This document shows positions 1 to 9,018 of a DNA stretch of 64,000 bases, in pieces (position 1 is the stretch's first letter; each line of letters opens with the position of its first letter). Location: contig CAYOLO010000002.1 of NCBI GenBank assembly GCA_964404855.1, forward strand, positions 3,494-67,493, in the 5' to 3' direction. The stretch is from an uncultured Gammaproteobacteria bacterium. Its GTDB lineage: Bacteria > Patescibacteriota > Microgenomatia > CAYQLK01. The notes beneath the pieces were generated by a model. The model was given only the letters and a program-made list of their open reading frames with translations, did no database searches and was not told the DNA's origin. The position numbers and the translations under genes were made by a program.

Positions 1-1485
1 TTTGTCACCATCTGTTTTGATGTCTTGAGTAACTGTTTGTTGAATATAAAGGTTGCTTTTGGCGCCAGCGAAGTTGCTGTCGACGACTGATAAATAGTCA
101 CTTTCTGATTGTTTAATTTTGCCAGCATAACCTAGTTTTTCAGAAGCAACTTGGGTTTTTTCATCTTTAAAATTAAGCATTACATCTTTTTGTGCAAGAA
201 GTTTGAGTCCAAGCTCGATTAATTTTGGAAGCGTATCTTTGTTCGCACTCAAACTCTTATCCATGATTGCGTTCATCAAAACACCAATTAAGGCTTTTCT
301 TTCCTCAACAATAAAACCTCTTGGCTGTCCTGAACTTTCAAGTAGAGCGTAAACTATTTGCGGACAATCACAGGCAGGCACAATATCGTTGGTGTATTTA
401 ACACCTTCAATCTCGATTGGCCCTAGGACACTTAAAACATCAGAAAGTGCTCTAGTATTAACCGTGAAATACCCATCGACTGGCTGATACTGAGGTGATA
501 GTTTGTATAAATCTTCAAAAGCTAGTAGCGAAGTTGGAAGATCTGGTGAAAGGTTCGAATCGCGAAGGTTAAACGAATCTACTAAAGGTAGATATTTGAT
601 AATTGCTTCAGGTGCAGAAGGTTTATTGGTTATGGTGTCATCAAGATCGTAAATATTGTCAGACCCTTCGGCTTTAACCAAAGCTTTGTCGATGTTTAAG
701 TATGCATAAGCTGTAATAAATCCACCACCAGGTCTTAGTTCTTTGTCGTTAAGAAAAAGAACCATATATTTTTTAGCCCGATCGTCACCCATAATACTTG
801 GCAAAACCTCTAAAAGGGGCTTGGTTTCGGTCAAGACTTTTTCACCTTGAACGAGATAACTTTTGGCGAGGTTAATATTTGTTTTGGGTTTACCTGGAAT
901 AAAATCTGGATATCTGTTGGCGTTAATTTGCGCCATTTCCTTATTGGCCTTGGATAATTTTTCGTTTACTTTATCCAGTTCTGGCGTAATTTTTGATAAG
1001 GTTTGGATGGCTTTTTGCATTCTATCCTGGGCGGTTCCACCCAAAAAGTCGCCACTGCCAAGCCCAAGAAGGTCTGCGTATGGTTCAATAGATTCAGTAA
1101 TAATTAGACCAGCTTCTACACCTTGAACACCGGCTGACAGAGCGTGCTCAAGATCCGAAGGATATGACCCAATTAGAGGAATAAAGGTTAATGGCTTGTA
1201 AACAAGAGAGGCTGCTTGAGCTTTTTGCAAATCCCCTTTAGCCGAAGCTAGTTTTGATTTTGTTTCAGGTAAATTACCAGATCTTAGCGATACAACTGAA
1301 GCACTCAGGTTGTTTTTGGCATTTTTGAGGCTAGATCCAATAGCAAAAGCAGGAATACCTATATAAAGACCAAAAATTACAAAAATGCCGAGAATAATAA
1401 TAATTCGCTTTAATGACCTTTTTTTTTGTTTATTGCGATAAACATGGCTATTGTGAGATTGGTAGTTCGTTGAAAATTTAAGCAT
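1..1485 (-). CDS. DUF4012-family protein; N-terminal ~495 aa only, gene runs off the window start
   Basis: No stop codon reading the minus strand from the ATG at ~1485 down to position 1. The translation begins MLKFSTNYQ, followed by a TM segment, and contains LNDKELRPGGGFITAYAYLNIDKA, which resembles the DUF4012 signature (N-x-E-L-R-x-GG-x-I). It is absent from the ORF track because it has no in-window stop. Confidence 0.55.
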   Translation of the reverse strand, partial: MLKFSTNYQSHNSHVYRNKQKKRSLKRIIIILGIFVIFGLYIGIPAFAIGSSLKNAKNNLSASVVSLRSGNLPETKSKLASAKGDLQKAQAASLVYKPLTFIPLIGSYPSDLEHALSAGVQGVEAGLIITESIEPYADLLGLGSGDFLGGTAQDRMQKAIQTLSKITPELDKVNEKLSKANKEMAQINANRYPDFIPGKPKTNINLAKSYLVQGEKVLTETKPLLEVLPSIMGDDRAKKYMVLFLNDKELRPGGGFITAYAYLNIDKALVKAEGSDNIYDLDDTITNKPSAPEAIIKYLPLVDSFNLRDSNLSPDLPTSLLAFEDLYKLSPQYQPVDGYFTVNTRALSDVLSVLGPIEIEGVKYTNDIVPACDCPQIVYALLESSGQPRGFIVEERKALIGVLMNAIMDKSLSANKDTLPKLIELGLKLLAQKDVMLNFKDEKTQVASEKLGYAGKIKQSESDYLSVVDSNFAGAKSNLYIQQTVTQDIKTDGDK

Positions 1486-1522
1486 ATTTTATCTGAATAA
1501 TCTAAATAAAGTAAGAAAATTA

Positions 1523-2161
1523 TTAGACAGCGCCTTTTTGAGAAAGTAGAGCAGGAACTGTGAGGATTATAATCTTTAAATCATACAAGATTGAGCGCTT
1601 TTTTGCATAATCCGCATCCAATTTGACCCTTTTTTCGAACGAAATATCGCTCCTACCAGAAACTTGCCAAGGACCAGTTAAGCCTGGTTTGGCAGTTAGG
1701 AGTGTTTTGACGTATTTTTTGGTTTCTGGGAAGGCTTTTTGCTGATTAATTAACTCGTCTGGATAATACGCTCTTGGCCCAACAAGACTCATTTCTCCTT
1801 TTAGAACATTAATAAATTGTGGCAACTCATCAATGCTTGTTTTGCGTATAAAATGCCCTAAGGGAGTGACTCTGGGGTCGTGTGATAGTTTGTAGGAATT
1901 TTTCTTGTATTCCTCATAAAGTTTCTTGAATTTTGGGTCACTTTGTAACAAAAGATGAGCATCTTTTATCATTGAACGGAACTTATACATTTTGAACGAC
2001 TTACCGTCTTTACCGCTTCTTTTAGGCACGTCGGCAAACACAGGTCCTGGGCTTGATCTTTTGATCGCGATTGCAATTACAGGAAAAATTAAACACAGAA
2101 TAGACATCCCAACCAGTGAACCGACTATATCGATTGTGCGTTTTGCGAAATCGTAAAACAT
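1523..2161 (-). CDS. Small bacterial sugar transferase (polyprenyl-phosphate hexose-1-phosphate transferase, WbaP/PglC-like initiating enzyme)
   Basis: 212 aa. N-terminal TM helix, then KMYKFRSM...[20 protein letters not shown], the classic PF02397 motifs. Confidence 0.85.
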   Translation of the reverse strand: MFYDFAKRTIDIVGSLVGMSILCLIFPVIAIAIKRSSPGPVFADVPKRSGKDGKSFKMYKFRSMIKDAHLLLQSDPKFKKLYEEYKKNSYKLSHDPRVTPLGHFIRKTSIDELPQFINVLKGEMSLVGPRAYYPDELINQQKAFPETKKYVKTLLTAKPGLTGPWQVSGRSDISFEKRVKLDADYAKKRSILYDLKIIILTVPALLSQKGAV

Positions 2162-2164
2162 TAT

Positions 2165-3268
2165 TTAAAGATAATCTTCGTGCCCTTCCTCTTTAAGTTT
2201 AATCACAGCATCTTTAACCTTTCCACTAGCATCTTTGGCGACGACTAATAGAGCGTCTTGTGTGTCAACAATTATTAGTCCCTTAACACCAACCGCAACG
2301 AGCATTTTATTGCCGTTGGTCGAAAAGAGTAAATTATCGCTGGATTCAACCGTAATTGATTTACCGGTCGACACGTTATCTTCAGGTAATTCGCCAAGCT
2401 CGTCTTTTAGCACATCCCATGTTCCCACATCACTCCAACCCAAATCAGCAGAAATTACTAGCCGTTCTGTTGGGCCGAGTTTTTCGAGAATTGCGAGATC
2501 AATTGAGGTTTTTTCGATTGTGGCAAATAAGTCTTTTACGGCTTTACTTGAGCTGTCTCCGTTTTTGACTAATTCTGAAATTTTTTGAAGTGTTTTGTAA
2601 GTCGTAGGCGCGAATTCTTCGTAGTAACCAAGGAGTGTTTTGGTTGACCAGACTGAGTAACCTAAGTGCCAAAGGTATTCCCAAGACTCAAGAAATTCTT
2701 GAGCTTTTTCTAGGCTAGGTTTTTCAATTTGGGCGATGAATTCGAATAAACCTAAATCTTCGATTTTTTCGATCATCTTGCCTGTTTTTATGTATCCTAG
2801 CTGGGTGCTTGGAAATGTTGCTCTGACACCAAGCTCAACAATTTTTGAGGTTTTGGCGCTGACCTCTGCGGCTTTACGCAAAGACTTCAAGAAATTCTTT
2901 TCATTTTTAATTAAATGATCACTCCAAAGACTGATAACGGTCGGGTTATTGAATTTGGTATCTAACATCATGGCGGCAAAACCAATAGCAGCCATGGTAT
3001 CTCTACCTTCGGGTTCGATAATAATATTTTCTAATGGAATATGCGGAGCCTGAGAAACGATATGGCCAACAAACTCCCTTCTGGCTACGGGGAAGATATT
3101 TACAGATCCAAACTCTTTTTCAAGGCTAGCAACTAATTTTTCGAATGTACTCTTGCCACCGATTAGTGGCTGAAACTGTTTTGGTTTGTCTGATCTGGAA
3201 GCAGGCCACATTCTTGAACCGCTACCTCCACAAAAAATTGCAATTTTTATCGATTGGTCTTTTGTCAT
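2165..3268 (-). CDS. manC: Mannose-1-phosphate guanylyltransferase
   Basis: IAIFCGGSGSRMWPASR...KPKQF nucleotidyltransferase P-loop typical of ManC/GMP. 367 aa, with no C-terminal isomerase domain. Confidence 0.75.
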   Translation of the reverse strand: MTKDQSIKIAIFCGGSGSRMWPASRSDKPKQFQPLIGGKSTFEKLVASLEKEFGSVNIFPVARREFVGHIVSQAPHIPLENIIIEPEGRDTMAAIGFAAMMLDTKFNNPTVISLWSDHLIKNEKNFLKSLRKAAEVSAKTSKIVELGVRATFPSTQLGYIKTGKMIEKIEDLGLFEFIAQIEKPSLEKAQEFLESWEYLWHLGYSVWSTKTLLGYYEEFAPTTYKTLQKISELVKNGDSSSKAVKDLFATIEKTSIDLAILEKLGPTERLVISADLGWSDVGTWDVLKDELGELPEDNVSTGKSITVESSDNLLFSTNGNKMLVAVGVKGLIIVDTQDALLVVAKDASGKVKDAVIKLKEEGHEDYL

Positions 3269-4341
3269 AGATATTTTGCTATATTTTGGATAAATTGACT
3301 CTGGCGGTATTTTAGCGCATTTTGATAGAGTTTGTCAGCTTTGAAGCTTGTCTTTTCAAAAACTTTAATTGCATTTATTAGTGACTGGGGTGTTTGTTTC
3401 TCGTAAAGTATTCCGGTTTCACCATTTATAACTGTTTCTTTGGCGCCTCCACTGTTTAGTGCAATTACTGGAGTGGAAAGTGCTTGCGATTCAACAGCGG
3501 TGATGCCAAAATCTTCGTCTTGAGGCATAATCATTGCTCGTGATTGAGAAACAATATCTGCGACTTTTGAATCATTGATCCAACCTGTAAACATAACATT
3601 GTCCCCTGCAATTTTTTTTAGCCGAGACATATCACTGCCTGTACCTATAATTATTAATTTTCTATCAGGTAGATTATTGAATGCTTGAATAGCGTAATCG
3701 ATTCTTTTCCATTTTTCTAAACGAGAAACTATGACATATTGATTGGGGGTTTTTGAAATAATTCTTTTCTTGAAATAGCTATCGTCTGCAAAAGGATAGA
3801 CCACCTGACTATCAAGACTATATATATTTTTTATTTTTTGTTGGATATTTTGCGAATTGGCTATCAATATGTCTGGGCGTCTAGTTGCCAAAGAATCGTA
3901 AAATTTTAACCACTTAAAAATTGGCGAAACAAGATGCTGAAGAAAACTATTGTTTATATATCTTTTCAAATTTTGTTCGGAATACAAAAATCTGGGTGGT
4001 GAGTTGATATAGCCAATATGAAACGTTTCTGGCCTAGTAATTACAGCTTTTGCAAACAATGTAGTAAGTGAAATTATTCGATCATAATTTGAGAGATCAA
4101 AGGATTCATAGGCTATCGGGAAGAATGCCAAATATGGCTTGGGATTTTGCGCAGCTCTGGGAAATTTTTGCAACCAAGAACATACAATTCTTGTTTTAAA
4201 TCGCTCAGGGACTAATTCAGGATTATAGATTACGGTGTATATTTTTGATTCTGGATACTCATCAGCCAGACACCAAAGTAATTTTTCTGCCCCTCCTGAT
4301 TGGGTAATGGGATCAAATATTAATGCTATTTTCATACACAA
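3265..4341 (-). CDS. Glycosyltransferase family 4 (GT-B, retaining)
   Basis: C-terminal EDFGITAVESQALSTPVIALNSGGAKE motif (E-x7-E GT4 signature). Confidence 0.8.
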   Translation of the reverse strand: MCMKIALIFDPITQSGGAEKLLWCLADEYPESKIYTVIYNPELVPERFKTRIVCSWLQKFPRAAQNPKPYLAFFPIAYESFDLSNYDRIISLTTLFAKAVITRPETFHIGYINSPPRFLYSEQNLKRYINNSFLQHLVSPIFKWLKFYDSLATRRPDILIANSQNIQQKIKNIYSLDSQVVYPFADDSYFKKRIISKTPNQYVIVSRLEKWKRIDYAIQAFNNLPDRKLIIIGTGSDMSRLKKIAGDNVMFTGWINDSKVADIVSQSRAMIMPQDEDFGITAVESQALSTPVIALNSGGAKETVINGETGILYEKQTPQSLINAIKVFEKTSFKADKLYQNALKYRQSQFIQNIAKYL

Positions 4342-5416
4342 AAAGTGTTTGTTCGGCGGTTTTGCACCAGGAATATTTTTTTAGTTGTTTAGTACCTAGG
4401 TCTACTAGCCGATTTTTTTCTTTTTTATAGTTTTTTAGTAAAAATCTAATTTTTTCTTCTAAATCATCTACACTTTCGGGATTAAAATATATTGCAGCAT
4501 CCCCATATATTTCTGGAAGTGGACCAGCATCAGAACAGACTACAGGGGTTTTCATTGCCATAGCTTCTAACCCCGGAACGCCAAAACCCTCAGATTTTGA
4601 GGGGAACAAAAAAAACATCGAACCTTGATAAAGTGAAGCTATTTCTGCATCTTCAAGATTCTCTAAAAAAACAAATTGCTTACTGCTATATGTTAGGTTC
4701 TTGATATCGTTTAGATTCTTGTTGAATTTGCTAACAATCACAAACTGAAGTTCAGGAATTTTTTTGATGGCGTCGACAGCAAGTGTCAGATTTTTGTAAG
4801 GATAGCTATTACCTATATATAAACAATAATTGTCCTTAATTGAGTATTTTTTGTAGTCGAACACTTTTTTTACTCTAATGTTTTCAAACTGATCAGCACC
4901 TTCGTAAATTGCGGTTATTTTTTGACTGGAACAAGCTGGATAAGCAGACAAAATACGAGTCTTTGAATAGTTTGAGGGAGTGATAACGGATATCGACTTA
5001 TTAATGGCGTGATTAATAACTTTTTGATAAACAAAGTGTTTTAACTCGTATATAACCCTTGTTCTAGTTGAGGCCGAAAAATCCTTAAATTCGCTTTTAA
5101 TTAAATCGTGAATTGTAACGACAAAAGGTTTGTTGTAAAAAATTGGATGATTAAAGTGGGTAAAATGAACTAAATCTGGTTTTTGTGAATTAATTAATTG
5201 AATTAGTTTAAGTTGTTCGCTAAATCCATAATGGCCAATTTTTGTTTTGATAACTAATAAATTTTTTTGGCTTTGGATTTGAGCTGAATCATGAGTAATT
5301 AAAATAAACTGATGTTGTGGTGCGAGTTTGACAAGGTTGTTTACTAAGTTTTGGCTATATCTTCCAATTCCTGTGTGCTTGGGGCCAAAAAGTCTTGCAT
5401 CAATTAATACTCGCAT
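4313..5416 (-). CDS. Glycosyltransferase family 4
   Basis: SEGFGVPGLEAMAMKTPVVCSDAGPLPE motif. N-terminal GT4 domain present. Confidence 0.8.
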   Translation of the reverse strand: MRVLIDARLFGPKHTGIGRYSQNLVNNLVKLAPQHQFILITHDSAQIQSQKNLLVIKTKIGHYGFSEQLKLIQLINSQKPDLVHFTHFNHPIFYNKPFVVTIHDLIKSEFKDFSASTRTRVIYELKHFVYQKVINHAINKSISVITPSNYSKTRILSAYPACSSQKITAIYEGADQFENIRVKKVFDYKKYSIKDNYCLYIGNSYPYKNLTLAVDAIKKIPELQFVIVSKFNKNLNDIKNLTYSSKQFVFLENLEDAEIASLYQGSMFFLFPSKSEGFGVPGLEAMAMKTPVVCSDAGPLPEIYGDAAIYFNPESVDDLEEKIRFLLKNYKKEKNRLVDLGTKQLKKYSWCKTAEQTLFVYENSINI

Positions 5417-5418
5417 TA

Positions 5419-6330
5419 TTATAAATACTTCAACTGAAATATTTTAATATTTTTTTTAATATCAATAAAAAGAAAAATTAATATTTCAAGTAATTTGGGA
5501 TATTGCTGACTGTAATGTTTATGGTAGAAAATTTTCATTGTTTCATAAAAATGTTTCGAGGTCCGAAGTCTGGTTTCGATGCTTGCTTTAGATTTTTTTT
5601 CTGAGTGTTTTTTAATACCAGAGGAAATGCCTTTTGTGTGCAAAACAATTGAAGAAGGGTTATAAAAAATCTGAAAGCCTGCTTTTTTTGCCCTGTAGCT
5701 GAAGTCAATATCTTCGGCGTACATAAAAAAATCTTCATCCAGTAATCCGATTTTATTGATAACTTCTTTTTTTATTAACATAAATGCGCCAGATGGAGAG
5801 TCAATTTCGTGAACCTTATCCATTGATTTGTACCACATATGATATTGACTAAATTTTGGATTAGAAGGAAAAAACTTTTCAAGACCAATAAAATAGCTAA
5901 AGGATACCCAAGGCGTCGGAAATCCTCGGTGAGAGGCTGGATCAATCTGGCCATTTGATAAAACTAATTTCGGAGTTACAATCCCAGCTTTTGGGTGAAT
6001 ACTAAGAAAGTCGACCATTTTAACAATTGTGTCTTTTGAAACTTTGGTATCAGGATTAAGAAGAAGCACATAACTTCCTTTGGATTTTTTGATACCAATA
6101 TTACATCCTGCGGCGAACCCGACATTTTCTGGATGATTAATGATAGTGAGCCAAGGAAGCTTAAGATGTTTAATTTGTGAAATACTGTCATCACTTGAGG
6201 CGTTATCGACAACAATACAATTTAATTTAAAATTTGATTTCAGGCTTGCCTTTAAGCTAAAAATGCAGTTTTTAAGATAAATACCGGCGTTGTAATTAAC
6301 AATGACTATATCGACTGTAGGTTTAACCAT
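5419..6330 (-). CDS. Glycosyltransferase family 2 (GT-A)
   Basis: DIVIVNYNAG...VVDNASSDDS...NPDT motif series. Confidence 0.8.
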   Translation of the reverse strand: MVKPTVDIVIVNYNAGIYLKNCIFSLKASLKSNFKLNCIVVDNASSDDSISQIKHLKLPWLTIINHPENVGFAAGCNIGIKKSKGSYVLLLNPDTKVSKDTIVKMVDFLSIHPKAGIVTPKLVLSNGQIDPASHRGFPTPWVSFSYFIGLEKFFPSNPKFSQYHMWYKSMDKVHEIDSPSGAFMLIKKEVINKIGLLDEDFFMYAEDIDFSYRAKKAGFQIFYNPSSIVLHTKGISSGIKKHSEKKSKASIETRLRTSKHFYETMKIFYHKHYSQQYPKLLEILIFLFIDIKKNIKIFQLKYL

Positions 6331-6332
6331 AA

Positions 6333-7571
6333 TTATTTTTTAGTTAAGTCTCTATATATTCCATCAAGCTTGTTACCTATTACTTCCCACTCATAAACAT
6401 TCTCTACCAACTTACGAGCGTTTTTTGAAACTTTTTCTCGAAGTGGTTTGTTTTTTAGCAGTTTTACTACCATATCGGCTACCTGCTGAGGCGTCTCACC
6501 AACTAAAACACTGCTGTTATTTATTGCTTCAATCCCTTCTATGCCAACAGGAGTAGCTACGACGGGAGTACCGATTGCCATAGACTCTAAGATCTTTAAT
6601 TTTGTCCCTGAACCAATCCTAATTGGAGCAACTGACAGCCATGATTTGGTTAATATTTCTTTTTTGATTTCTTCTTCGACAAATCCGGTTACGGTAATGT
6701 TTTCGGAGTTTAATTTTGCTACATCATTACTTAGCATTCTTTGTATTCCTTTTGGAAGCAATGGTCCAACAATATAAAGATGAGCATCAATTTGACTGGT
6801 AACTAATGGCCAAATATTTTTTACGAAAAAAAACGCCGCATCAGTATTAGCAAAATACCTAAAGTTTCCCAGGAAAACAACCGTTGGTTTTGGATATTTT
6901 TTGGTTTTTGTTGGAACATAATGTTTTGTATCCACTCCGTTAGGAATTAAATCAGTAGCAACATTTATTTTTCTCTTTTTAAGATAGGATGTTAGTAGTA
7001 TTCTGTCTATTTCACTTGCAAATGTGACCTTGTCAAAATATTGGCAAACTTGGACTTCATAATTAAGCATTTTTCTGGCATCTATGTATCCAACCAGTTT
7101 GAGTAATGGATTCTTTTTTTGTTGAGCATTTCTAAAATAAACTTGAGCTTCCACGTCAACTTTGGCGAGTAAAATTGGGATTTTTATCTTATCTCTAACA
7201 GCCAGTAAGCTCTGTGCCATATAAAAAGTTTCAAGATGAATAAGATCTGGTTTTTCTTTTTTAATAACTTCAAGAATTAAATTCTCCGTTTCAGACGAAA
7301 AGTTATTTACTACTGTAAGGAATGAATATTTTGTAAGTAAAGTTCTGACTAGATTTTGTGCCGACCACGCCTTTCTCCTCAGTACTGGATAAATCTTAAA
7401 TCCTTGCTTTTCCAAAATCTTAACATCTTTAAATTCATCAGTGTTTTTTAGAAGACAGATTAAAACTATTTCGTGTTTTTTGCTTAGTTTTTTTAGAAAG
7501 TTGTAAACTCTAACTTTTCCACCCGTAATTGGTGGATAAGGAATATATGGTGATATTAGTAATACTTTCAT
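6333..7571 (-). CDS. Glycosyltransferase family 4
   Basis: MKVLLISPYIPYPPITGGK N-terminus. C-terminal GSGTKLKILESMAIGTPVVATPVGIEG. Confidence 0.8.
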   Translation of the reverse strand: MKVLLISPYIPYPPITGGKVRVYNFLKKLSKKHEIVLICLLKNTDEFKDVKILEKQGFKIYPVLRRKAWSAQNLVRTLLTKYSFLTVVNNFSSETENLILEVIKKEKPDLIHLETFYMAQSLLAVRDKIKIPILLAKVDVEAQVYFRNAQQKKNPLLKLVGYIDARKMLNYEVQVCQYFDKVTFASEIDRILLTSYLKKRKINVATDLIPNGVDTKHYVPTKTKKYPKPTVVFLGNFRYFANTDAAFFFVKNIWPLVTSQIDAHLYIVGPLLPKGIQRMLSNDVAKLNSENITVTGFVEEEIKKEILTKSWLSVAPIRIGSGTKLKILESMAIGTPVVATPVGIEGIEAINNSSVLVGETPQQVADMVVKLLKNKPLREKVSKNARKLVENVYEWEVIGNKLDGIYRDLTKK

Positions 7572-8998
7572 TTATTTAGGGAAATAATTATATATTTATT
7601 TGTACGATATAAAACCTTGTTTTCTTTAGCAAGTTTTTCTATTCCTTCATCAAATTTTAGCGAAACAACGGCTGTGGCGCCTTGGTCTTTAAATACCGAC
7701 ATTTCCTCATAAAATTCTGCCCATCCTGGTCGATTCACATAGTACAGTAGCGATAAATCACCAGCTAGAGGTGCAATAACTTTGTCGTTGGCGTTTAACA
7801 GCTCATCAGCCTTTTTACCTGCCTCTACAATATCATTATTTGTTAAATAGTAACCTTTTACTTCGTAATACCCAAATGCAATTGAAATAATGATAAGAAA
7901 AACCGCAACAGAAACACTAATTGATTTTTCAATAAGGGACTGTCCAGTTTTCAGAAGATGGTCAATACCAAGTGCAACAAATACTGCTAATACTGGCATA
8001 TAAATATATTGATAGTAATCGTGACGAACGTTCGAAGAAGCAAAGATTACGAAATACAAAATCATTGAAAATAACCAAACAAAATAAAAATAATTCTCTT
8101 TATTCTGTCTTCTGGCTACCAGTCCAAAAAACATTAAAACAAAGCCACCTGTACCTAAAATTAATTTAGCAAGTCTTTCAAAAATTAACCATCTAAAAAA
8201 TGCTCCAGTGAATCGGATATCTCCATAATTTAAATACCAATTTGAGCCAATTTGAGCCTCGGGATAATTTGCTCCCCATGCCCGCCATAGGACCAAAGGA
8301 ACAAAAGAAATTAACAAAAAACCGTAATATTTTAAGGAATAGTAAAACAAACCATCTTTTATTAAGGCAAGGTAGATTATTGGAATGAGCCAGAAAACAA
8401 CATAAGGGTAACTGAGGCTTGCTAAGGCAAATAATATACTTGAAAGAAAAAAGGATATTTTAGAATTATTAAAATAATACCTACTAAATAACCATAGTGA
8501 AGCCAAGCCTAAGCAAACCATTGTTGAATTAGGCATTATGACTCTTCCGTAATAAATACTGTATGGCATAAGCGCAAATACTAGGGCGGCTATAATTGCT
8601 ACTCTGGAATTGGAAAACTTTCTGACTAATAAAAACAGGAAAACAGCCGAAAACGAGGCAAATATTGCAGAAACGAGTCTTGCGCTCGACTCATTAATAC
8701 CAAAAATATCCCAAACAAAACCAACAATTAGTGTGTAGATTGGAAACTCCAAGAAGGTTAAACCTTGTGGGTTTGGTTTTTTACTATCAGAAATAGCAAG
8801 AATATTATCGGTTCTAGGACGCAAAATATTAAACCCTTCATCAGCAAAATTCCTAGCCACCATCGCAGTATCTGCTTGTCTAAAGGAGTGCCAGTCTGTA
8901 ATTGAATTATCGATTTTGTAGAGCCTTGGCAGTAAAGTTATAAAAAAAATAACCCCAAGCAATATTAAAGATAGAAATATCTTTTTATATATCTTCAT
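7568..8998 (-). CDS. GT-C fold polytopic membrane glycosyltransferase, ArnT/PMT_2-like
   Basis: ~11 predicted TM helices. First extracytoplasmic loop has WHSFRQADTAMVARNFADEG (the ArnT-family FRQADTA/DE-type motif). C-terminal soluble domain of ~110 aa. Confidence 0.55.
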   Translation of the reverse strand: MKIYKKIFLSLILLGVIFFITLLPRLYKIDNSITDWHSFRQADTAMVARNFADEGFNILRPRTDNILAISDSKKPNPQGLTFLEFPIYTLIVGFVWDIFGINESSARLVSAIFASFSAVFLFLLVRKFSNSRVAIIAALVFALMPYSIYYGRVIMPNSTMVCLGLASLWLFSRYYFNNSKISFFLSSILFALASLSYPYVVFWLIPIIYLALIKDGLFYYSLKYYGFLLISFVPLVLWRAWGANYPEAQIGSNWYLNYGDIRFTGAFFRWLIFERLAKLILGTGGFVLMFFGLVARRQNKENYFYFVWLFSMILYFVIFASSNVRHDYYQYIYMPVLAVFVALGIDHLLKTGQSLIEKSISVSVAVFLIIISIAFGYYEVKGYYLTNNDIVEAGKKADELLNANDKVIAPLAGDLSLLYYVNRPGWAEFYEEMSVFKDQGATAVVSLKFDEGIEKLAKENKVLYRTNKYIIISLNK

Positions 8999-9018
8999 AT
9001 TGGCAATAAATAAATTAA

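Noticed and set aside
863-1126. Plus-strand ORF (87 aa) listed in the six-frame track
   Set aside because: It lies entirely inside the long minus-strand DUF4012 ORF that runs off the window edge. It has a TTG start and a low-complexity translation with no motif. Treated as a shadow ORF.
2235-2918. Plus-strand ORFs 2235..2588, 2356..2568 and 2736..2918, plus similar short plus-strand ORFs throughout (e.g. 6541..6777, 7972..8169, 9065..9544, 12556..12744, 16973..17195, 18450..18834, 19630..19923, 22503..22751, 34511..34753, 38618..38863, 40081..40385, 42084..42287, 44785..45036, 47414..47710, 48450..48701, 49699..50025, 50466..50957, 52574..52828, 54025..54542, 58589..58876, 60862..61071, 63125..63418, 63722..63982)
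   Set aside because: Every one is antisense to, and nested in, a minus-strand gene with strong homology-style motifs. Their translations are low-complexity or motif-free. Consistent with the complete minus-strand bias of the window.
5535-6215. Short minus-strand ORFs 5535..5738 and 5976..6215 inside the GT2 gene 5419..6330, plus 13830..14015, 23030..23266, 29539..29763, 40826..41104, 43949..44155, 48103..48390
   Set aside because: Out-of-frame ORFs embedded within longer, motif-supported CDSs on the same strand. Not independent genes.
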